This document shows, in pieces, positions 54,484-64,000 of a stretch of DNA of 64,000 nucleotides. Both the position numbers and the translations under genes were made by a program. Each line of letters opens with the position of its first letter. Within the stretch, counting starts at the first letter, position 1. This stretch comes from the human T2T-CHM13v2.0 reference genome, Homo sapiens. Below the pieces are notes generated by a model that saw only the letters and a list, made by a program, of their open reading frames with translations, was not told where the DNA came from and searched no databases. Where the stretch lies: assembly GCF_009914755.1 (NCBI RefSeq), contig NC_060930.1; one strand, 5' to 3'.

Positions 54484-54718
54484 TGATATGGTTTGGCTCT
54501 GTGTCCCCAACCAAATCTCATCTTGTAGCTCCCATAATTCCCACATGTTGGGGGAGGGACCTGGTGAGAGACGATTGAATTATTAGGGTGGGTCTTTCCT
54601 GTGTTGTTTTTGTGATAGTGAATGGGTCTCACGAGATCTGATGGTTTTAAAAATGGGAGTTTCCCTGTACAAGCTTCTTCTCTCTTGCCGCCGCCATGTA
54701 AGAAGTGCCTTTCACCTT
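54484..54718 (+). mobile_element. THE1-family LTR, 3'-truncated
   Basis: TGATATGGTTTGGCTCTGTGTCCCC...CATGTAAGAAGTGCCTTTCACCTT, then an abrupt end. Confidence 0.88.
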
Positions 54719-54923
54719 ATTATGTTTTTGAGACAGAGTCTCACTCTGTTACCCAGACTATAGTGCAGTGACACAATCATAGTTCACTGCAGCCTCAACC
54801 TCCTAGGCTCAAGCGATCCTCCCACCTTAGCCTCCCAAGTAGTTAGGACTACAGGTATAGGCCACCACACCTGGCTAATTATTTTATTTTTTAGTTTTTC
54901 ATAGATGGGGGTTTTACTTTGTT
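54717..54923 (-). repeat. Partial AluJ that is a local DNA-level copy of 56817-57026
   Basis: 18 substitutions in 199 bp (about 91%) with shared private variants (TTACCCAGACTATAGT, TAATTATTTTATTTTTTA, TAGATGGGGG). Confidence 0.85.
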
Positions 54924-55897
54924 TGTAATGTTGTTCAGTTCATTCCTGAATGGAATCTTACAGATTGCCTTCCCTTTTTTTTTTTGCTTTCCTAGAGAGA
55001 CTTATACCTGTTTTTTACCAACCAAATTTTATAATTTTATGTTATAATAATTTTTATCTTTTCACTTGAATTCATTTGTAAAGAAAAAAGACTTGAAGGA
55101 AATGCACTATACTATGTTATTAGTGATTATCCCTGAAGGGTTAGCATGATGGTGGCCTCTCCAGTCTTCTGTATTGTTTAAATTGTCATCATAGAACACT
55201 TACTACTTTTATCATCAGATCTAATTGATGAATGCTATTTTTAAATTTTGTCTAAAAGTGACTATTCCTCTAATATCTTTTTTAAAACCATTAAACTTTC
55301 AGCTTCCTTCAATGCATGTACATACCCTTGTTGAAAAAAAAAAGCTATAAAAAATTAAAAGCCTTCAGAGATTTGTCATTTATTTATACATGGCATTAGT
55401 GTCCACATTATACCAGAGATCACATACTCTCAGAATCATTCTGTACAGTGCCTAGTTGACTACCTGTATTCAAATACCAAGGAACAAAGTAAAATAAATT
55501 TCTATTCCTTTTTCATTTCTGTTTTCCATAGACAGTTTTATAAAGGTATAAGCAGCTAAGAATATATGTATATTGTGCAAATACATAACATTTTTAGGAT
55601 ATATTTTTGTGTAGTCACCTTACAAGTCTTTAAAGTATTTTTTCCAGCAATCCTGAATCAATTCTGTATGGGAACAAAAAGGAAGGAAAAATTTAGGTAA
55701 AGTGCTTTAACTCTTCATATGGTGATGCCTGTAGCTCTGGCCTATTCTATAATCGGGCTGTGTACTACATGTATCTTAGATAGGACTATTTATTGTGTTC
55801 CATTGTTGGGGTGCAGTTGGCAGTTTCAGCAGCTATTCAAATGTCTTCATATTAGAAGCATCTCACATGGAGCTCATGAAGGTGGTCCTTTGCCTGG

Positions 55898-56279
55898 TGT
55901 ATTAGTCCCTTCTCACATTGCTATAACAAACTACCTGAGACTGGGTAATTTATAAAGAATAGAGGTTTAATTGACTCACAGTTCCTCAGGCTGTACAGGA
56001 AGCATGGCTGGGGAGGCCTCAGGAAACTTACAATAGTGGAAGGCAGAGAGGAAGCAGGCATGTGCTACATCACTTGAGCAGGAGGAAGAGAGAGTGAAGG
56101 GGGAGGTGCTACACATTTTTGAACAACCAGATCTTGTGTGATCTCACTCACCATCATGGGAACAGCAAAGGGGAAATCCTCCCCATGATCCAGTGACCTC
56201 CCACCAGGCCGCTCCTCCAACACTGGGGATTCCAATTCCACCTGAGATCTGGGCAGGGACACACATTCAAACCATATCA
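55898..56279 (-). mobile_element. MaLR solo LTR (MSTA-like)
   Basis: TGTATTAGTC...CAAACCATATCA; 5-bp TSD CCTGG/CCCGG. Confidence 0.9.
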
Positions 56280-56827
56280 CCCGGTAAGTAGGAAATATGC
56301 TAGTGTTTGACAGTATGACTATAGTGTGCAGAGGGACTTTCAGTCATTAAAATCATGAAGGAGTCTATACCAGAAAGTGTAATTTAAATTTTTTATAATT
56401 TGCATTTTAAGAAATTAAATGCCTGGAGAAGAAAAAAAGCAGTTTTCTTCAATATATTAGAGTGATAGTATACTGGAGGTGAAGGGAAGTTAGTTAATAT
56501 TTAGTCAAATCTCCTTATTTTACGATTTTAAGGAAAAGGTTGAGAGTTAAGCAAATGGAAAAAGATTGCCAAAATTAGCACATGATATAAAACTGAAGAA
56601 ATTTAGGAAAGTATTCAAAAATTAAAGAAAGTGTTTCTTGAGAAAATTTTTCAGAAAAAGAACAGAAAAAAACATTTTAATATCCTGGTTGGTGCTTTGG
56701 TGGGGGGTTATTTAAGAAATCTTTTTATTTCCCAAGATCATAATGATATTCTGTTTTCTTTTCTCTTAGAAACATTGTTTCAAGATTTTATATTTAGGTC
56801 CCTGATTTCTCTCAAATTATTACTCTA

Positions 56828-57120
56828 TTTTTGAGACAGAGTCTCACTCTGTTACCCAGACTATAGTACAGTAGCACAATCATAGCTCACTGCAGCCTCA
56901 ACCTCCTAGGCTCCAGCAATCCTCCCACTTTGGCCCCTCAAGTAGCTAGGACTACAGGTACAGGCCACCACACCTGGCTAATTATTTTATTTTTTAATTG
57001 TTTGTAGATGGGGGTCTTACTGTGTTACCCAGGCTGGTCTTGAGTTCCTGACCTCAAGTGGTCTTCCCACCTTGGCCTCCCTAAGTGCTGAGATTACAGG
57101 GTGAGCCACCACTCCCAGCC
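56828..57120 (-). mobile_element. Alu SINE, AluJ-like, full length (donor of 54717-54923)
   Basis: Complete dimer with a flanking AAATTA repeat. Confidence 0.93.
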
Positions 57121-57647
57121 TTAAATTAATTTTTTGTATGGTGTAAAGTAGGGGGATTGCCATTTTATTTTACATTGAATTAATGGATTTCTACTTATTG
57201 AAAAGATCATCTCTTCTGTAATGAATTGCAGTGGAGTCTGTTTCATAAATCATGTGATGTATAAATTTGAGACTGTTTTTGACTCCGTTTTGTCTATTAC
57301 ATTGGTCTATTTATCCAGTTTCGCCCCAGCATAGCACTGTATTGTTACAAGGGCTATACATCTCCAGCCTTATTCTTCATTAGCATTGGCTTGGCTATCC
57401 TAGTTCCTTCCAATTAATATATAAATTTTAAAATCAGCTTGCCAATTTCTATAAAATAAATATTGTGGAATTCTGATTAGGATTGCATTGAATCTTTGGG
57501 TTCAAATATCCAAAGATTTCTATTTATTTGTTATTACTTGCTTTGCACTACAATTATTTATTTGCCATAGTTTGTATGTCATGTGTCTGATATAACTGAT
57601 CACATATGTGGGTGCATTAACCTGGCCATCCACTTGGACATGTTTAA

Positions 57648-57970
57648 ATTTTTTTTTACTGGCCGTATTGAGGTAGACTTGACAAAAATTATATATATTT
57701 AAGGTGTGCAACATAGTGTTTTGATATAGGCATACATTGTGAAATGATTACCATAATTAAGCTAATTATGTATTTGTATATATCTATATCTAGATAACCT
57801 TATATAGTTACAACTTTTCGATTGTGTGGTAAGAACACTTTAGATCAACTCTCTTAGCAAATTTCAAGTATGTAGTACAGTATTATTAACTATAGTCACC
57901 ATGCTGTATATTAGATCTCCAGAATTTATTCTTCCCACCTAACTGAATCTTTGTATTCTTTAAACAACAT
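57648..57970 (-). mobile_element. L1MA9/10-like 3' end
   Basis: CATACATTGTGAAATGATTACCA...CTCTCTTAGCAAATTTCAAGTA...TTATTAACTATAGTCACCATGCTGTA. Confidence 0.75.
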
Positions 57971-58262
57971 TGATTTATTCAATCCATGAATGTGGTATGT
58001 CTTTTTCTCTTATTTAGATAATCATTTCTTTCTCTTAGCTGTGTTTTTGAGGATTTAGTGTTGATGTCATGGACATTTTTATTCAAATTATTTAATTTTT
58101 GATGCGATTGTAAATGGTATTTAAAATTTTACTTTCCACATGTTTATGGTTACTATATAGAAATATATACATTTTTGTATAATTGACCTTTTATTCAACA
58201 ACCTTCTATTCATATCATTTTTATTAAATTGCTCATAGATTCTTTTAACTTTCTACATGTAT

Positions 58263-58913
58263 AAGTTTGCTGGGGTGGTGGGGCCCTCATGGAGAGCCTC
58301 TGTTAGGGTAGGGTGGAAGGGAAATGTGGGGTTCGAGCCCCCATCCAGAGTCCCAATTGGAGCACTGCCTAGTGGAGCTGTGAGAAGAAGGCCACCATCC
58401 TCCAGACCCCAGAATGGTAGATCCACCAATAGCTTGCATCATGCTCCTGGAAAAGCTGCAGACACTCAACACCAGCTTGTGAAAGCAGCCAGGAGTGGGG
58501 CTATACCCTGCAAAGCCACAGGGGCAGAGCTTCTCAAGGCTGTGGGAACCCACCTCTTGCATCAGTGTGACCTGCATGTTAGACATGGAGTCAAAGGAGA
58601 TCATTTTGGAGCTTTATGATTTGATTGCCCTGCTGGATTTTGGACTTGCACAGGACTTGTAGCCCCTTTGTTTTGGGCAATTTCTCCCATTTGGAATGGC
58701 TGTATTTACCCAGTGCCTGTACCCCCATTGTATTTAGGAAGTAGTTAACTTTTTTTACAGGCTCATAGGCAGAAGGGATGTCTCAGATGAGACTTTGGAC
58801 TGTGGACTTTTGAGTTAATGCTGAAATGAGTTAAGACTTTTGGGGACTGTTGGGAAGGCATGATTGGTTTTGAAATATGAGGATATGATATTTGGGAGGG
58901 GCCAGGGGTGGAA
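58263..58913 (+). mobile_element. THE1 internal region (3' part) with polypurine tract
   Basis: GGAGCTGTGAGAAGAAGGCCACCATCCTCCAGACCCCAGAATGGTAGATCCACC; PPT GGGAGGGGCCAGGGGTGGAA before the LTR. Confidence 0.9.
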
Positions 58914-59269
58914 TGATATGGTTTGGTTGTGTCCCCACCCAAATCTCATCTTGAATTTTATGTGTTGTGGAAGGGACCTGGTGGGAGATAATTGAATCAT
59001 GGGGGCAGATCTTTCCTGTGCTGTTCTCATGAGAGTGAGTAAGTCTCATAACATCTGATGGCTTTAAGAATGGGAGTTTGCCTGCATAAGCTCTCTCTTT
59101 GCCTGCTGCCATCCACGTAAGATGTGACTTGCTTCTCCTTGCTTTCTGCCATGATTGTGAGGCTTCCTCAGCCACGTGGAACTATGAGTTCTCCATTAAA
59201 CTTCTTTCCTTTGTAAATTACTTAGACTTGGGTATGTCTCTATCAGCAGTGTGCAAACTGACTAATACA
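58914..59269 (+). mobile_element. THE1 3' LTR (THE1A/B-like)
   Basis: TGATATGGTTTGG...ACTAATACA. Confidence 0.92.
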
Positions 59270-59639
59270 AGCATTATGAAAGCTGTTGGGATTTTTTGTA
59301 GATAACCTTTATTAGATTACAGAAGTTTCCTTCTATTCCTAGTTTGCTGACTCAAAAAAAAAAAAAGAGTTGTTGAATTTTATCAAGTACTTTGATAAGT
59401 TGGGCGTAATTTGAAATTAAGAACTTTTGTTGACCAAATGTATCATTGAGATTGTAAAAAGACAAGCCATTGGCAGGGGTCATATATTTACAATGCATGT
59501 AGCTGACAAAGACTTACAAGAAAAGACATATAGCCCAAACAAAATGGGAAAAAACAGTTTCAAAGAGCTTCCACTCGGCAAAACAGATAGAATTTGTGCA
59601 ACAAAAGTTTTTAGAAAGACCTGGTTTTACCCAAAGAAC

Positions 59640-59955
59640 AAAATAAATATCTATGAGCCCATACTGATATCAATAAATTATTAAATAAAAATTAGTGAGA
59701 AGGAACAAATATTTCTCACAGAAGAATTACAAATAATATTCTCCCCTCCAGGAGGTTGAGCTTGATTTCGCTTCCCTTGAGTGTGGATTGCACATAGTGA
59801 CTCACTCCAAAGAAGAGATAATGCAAAAGGAAATTAGCAGTGTGGAACCATATTAACCAAGTGATGAAAGTTTACTCACTAGTGATAAGTCACGTCAATA
59901 TTAGTTATCCTCTGAAATGACGCAATGAGATGGGCATTTCACCTCTATGGTTCTC
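59640..59955 (+). mobile_element. L1MC/MD-like 3' UTR fragment
   Basis: CCTTGAGTGTGGATTGCACATAGTGACT...TTAACCAAGTGATGAAAG...GTGATAAGTCACGT. Confidence 0.6.
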
Positions 59956-61049
59956 TACTGAGAGAGTTACCTTAGAGATCAAGGTAGAGTTTGATCATGC
60001 AGGGGCTTTGAAACACAGTAATGATTGCTGGTTTTGTTTGAAAATCAACAGAGAGACATTCAGGAGAAACCAACTGAGATGTTTGCAGGAGCACAGGAAG
60101 CAAAGAGAGAGGGCAGAAAGCTCGGTGTTCGGGGCAGGGACCAGCAGCAGGCTAGGACTGAGCAGAGGCAGCAGGGATGGTGTCACACAATCTTCCTCAT
60201 GCAGGAAAGGTCTCATGCACCCGTACAGATGCCAAGTTTTGTAATCACAGAGGCTAGAAACAAATGCACAGTGAAGTAAAAAAGATCTAAATATGTTGTA
60301 CAAAATTATTATTTTTTAAATGCCAATTACATATCAATGGAGGCAATATTACTTTAAGATCACGTTTTTCATATGACTGTAATATCCATTACCTCCTAAG
60401 TAAGCAATGCTAATATAGAAAGTCATTTTCTCAGTACATACTCTATAATGAAGTGACTCTTAGATGGAATTGCCTCGTTGATTTATTACTGCAACTAGGT
60501 GATGAGAAGACTTCCACTGGAAGGCTTTTACAATTTATCAGGTTTTGTTGGTCTAAGGAAGGGTAATTACTTTTCTGGGGTTGATGTGATGTGTGAACCA
60601 ATACAGGCACTGGGAATATGAGCAATAACCAATCTTCTACTCAGGCAAAATTAAATTGCAATGCATTTACTATATGTAGAATAGACATATACAGTAACAG
60701 TTCCAAGGGCTAGTTCCTGAAACATCATAATCTTCAAATTCACAAATGCAATATGATGTATACATTTGTCCTTCCATGCATGTGACAGCCAGGGGCTAGG
60801 GGCACTCATTAGTCAAAGGATGTGCTTTCACAACTAGGCTCATATAAAATCGTCCTCTAGAAATTGTAAATCAGTGCATGTCATGACTTTCAAAATGACT
60901 CATGAATAATAAAAATCACAAATGCTAACCTTTTAATTCCTAATGTATTTTTAAAATTTGTATGGTGGATCAGACTTCTTTTCTAATCATCAGTCATAAG
61001 TTTTTTATATCATTTTGTACTAATAAGACATGAGACTCTTTAGCCTAAA

Positions 61050-61385
61050 AAACAGAGGACGATGAGGGCACAAAGTAACTGCCTTCAAATATTCAAAATG
61101 TCACCATGTGGAAGCTGAAATGGATTTATTGTATAATACTCCAGAAAGTAAAATACACAGCAATAGATAGTGACAATAAGAAAGCAAATTTAGGTCTGTC
61201 ATAAGAAGGACATCCCTAATAATTATAGTTCAACAATGGGATGGTTGTGTTTTAGGTTTAGGTTTTCTGCAAAGCAATGAACTTCCCATCAATGAGAGAA
61301 TTCAAATAGAGGCTCAGTTCAACGTCAGAGAGAAGATGGAAGTGATTCCTACATTAGGTGCAGGTTGGACTAGATTACCTAGGAA
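61050..61385 (+). mobile_element. CR1/L3 LINE 3' fragment
   Basis: GCCTTCAAATATT...CATGTGGAAG...GAACTTCCCATCA...GGTTGGACTAGATTACCT. Confidence 0.7.
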
Positions 61386-61914
61386 ATGACTTAACAGTCT
61401 AAGCATGTGTGTTGGGTGATGTATAATACTGATATATCAAAGTTCTAGGTAATATTTCTGGCACTTATAAAATTTATTAAATGAATGAATGTCTTTATAC
61501 ATTTTTAGTGATACATTTTGAAAAGTCTTATGTCAGAGAGCATTTCTTAGGGAAAATGAAAGATGTTTCTAAACCTCCTGAGCCCCATGAGCATGAAAGA
61601 ACTTGTTTCAATACTGTGTGTTTTCAAATCCCTTTTATCCCATCAACATTAAAAATCATAAGGCTGTTAAGAATTGAGATGGGGTTTAAGATGATGAAGC
61701 GAGTTGTAGTGAACAGTTGCTAGTTGGTCTATCTGGGATCCCTCTCCTCTTTTTCTTTTCTGATAAGAGCCCCCTCTTCTCCTTTGTGGAAACTATTTTT
61801 TCTCTCATTTTATCTATGTGTTTCTATTCCAATCCTAATTGAAATAAATTGTCATACACAGAATTGAATTGAGAAATGCAATGAAATAGATTGCATTATG
61901 TTCCACTAAATGCA

Positions 61915-62310
61915 ATCTATTTTACTGAAGCCCTATTATGTGCCAGGAACTGTGAGTGGGAAGAACTAACAATACAATAGAACCCATGAGAGTCCCTTGT
62001 TTTAGTCAGCTTATGGTTAGAGACAAAAAAGACCAAGTAATGGCAATTGAGAGCATGAAAATGCAGATCGGGGGTAGGTACTAGATGCTGAGGGAGCACA
62101 CAGGGAGGCCCTTGGACCCTCTTGGAGATCAGAGATTCATACAGTTGTGTGGCACAGTTCAGAAAGGCTTATATTCACATGTGTGTCTTGAAATCAAATG
62201 TGCCCTGAATAATAATGAAGAGCTAGCCAGATAGACGAGAAGAAAGGATGTTCAAATTGCTTAGGGGCAACATGTCTAAAGCTAAGAGAACATATTTGGG
62301 AGGCTTCAGA
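61915..62310 (-). mobile_element. L2 3' end
   Basis: TTTACTGAAGCCCTATTATGTGCCAGGAACTGTG...GATGCTGAGGGAGCACACAGG. Confidence 0.65.
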
Positions 62311-62329
62311 TGTTCTCATTTTCATCTCT

Positions 62330-63329
<1,000 letters not shown>

Positions 63330-64000
63330 TCACAGTGGAATCAAACTAGAAATGTTATCAGGAAAATAATAATAACCTTTGCAAACACTTGGAACCTGAG
63401 TAACACATTTCTAAATCTACAGGTCAAAGAGAGAATCTTGAGGACAAATTTAAAAATATATCAAACTTAATAAAATAAATATAGAACATTTTTCTTCTCT
63501 CAGTCAAAGCATTGTTGACAGAAAAATTCACAGCAATTCAGTCATCTAATATCCTACCTCAACAATTCAAAATAAATAGAAAAAAGCCCCAATGCAATCA
63601 ATAGAAAATAATTACTAATGTTAACAGCATGAATCAATGATATTGAAAACAGAAATAATAGAGAAAATCGATGAAAAAAAAGCTGGCCTTCAGAAATATC
63701 AATATAATTGACAAACATCTAGTAAATCTGACAAAGGGAAAAAGAGAAGGCACAAATTGTTTATATCTGAAATAAAACTGGGGATATCACTACCAACCCT
63801 GCAGAAATCAACAGGCTAATAATAGAACACTATGAACAGCTTTACACACACAAAACTTAGATGAGTTGAACCAAATCCTTGAAATAACACACACACTATC
63901 ATAACTCACCCAATATGAAATAGTTACTCTGAATAGGACTATAATTATTAATACAATTGAATACATGATTGAAAAACTCTCCCCAAAAAGAGAGCTGCAA
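63330..64000 (+). mobile_element. Old L1M ORF2 fragment (runs off the window end)
   Basis: CAGTGGAATCAAACTAGAAAT...AATAGAGAAAATCGATGAA...GAACACTATGAACAGCTTTACAC, A-rich sense L1. Confidence 0.8.

Larger units (their letters stand above)
56690..59400 (-). mobile_element. Old L1M ORF2 region hosting nested Alu, L1MA and THE1 insertions
   Basis: Antisense L1 phrases TTTTAAAATCAGCTTGCCAATTTC, GATTGCATTGAATCT and CCTTCTATTCCTAGTTTGCTGA. Confidence 0.75.

Noticed and set aside
54484-59269. Two THE1 LTRs as the ends of one provirus
   Set aside because: The flanks differ (CATGG vs AGCAT), the LTRs differ by indels, and older L1M sequence lies between them.

Overview
Primate (human-like) non-coding genomic DNA, either a gene desert or a large intron. 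No protein-coding gene, tRNA, rRNA or CRISPR array can be supported, and every long ORF in the track is an Alu, L1, LTR, DNA-transposon or simple-repeat artefact. A large part of the window is interspersed repeat: about 12 Alus, L1PA/L1PB/L1M pieces, L2, MIR, CR1/L3, MaLR LTRs (MST, THE1, MLT1), an LTR2 (HERV-E) solo LTR, a MER39-like LTR, MER58 and a long MER45R-like hAT element. Subfamily names come from recalled consensus sequences, not from a search. The signal these repeats do not explain is four local copy-and-paste duplications (5530-5856, 14058-14441, the 22519-24155 inverted pair, 54717-54923). Each was templated within about 0.3-2.3 kb and all show about 87-93% identity by hand count. 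Two of the four events have junctions carrying perfect 11-14 bp fold-back hairpins, mostly with 3-nt loops, which reads as a fossil record of template-switch or snap-back DNA repair of similar age. Other highlights: (1) an LTR2 promoter sitting inside one arm of the inverted duplication and pointing through it (predicted long dsRNA); (2) a 69-nt pre-miRNA-like hairpin; (3) a CpG-retaining segment with two NRF1 sites at the promoter end of an ancient hAT transposon; (4) several homeodomain/POU-rich enhancer-like segments. I could not assign the chromosomal locus.
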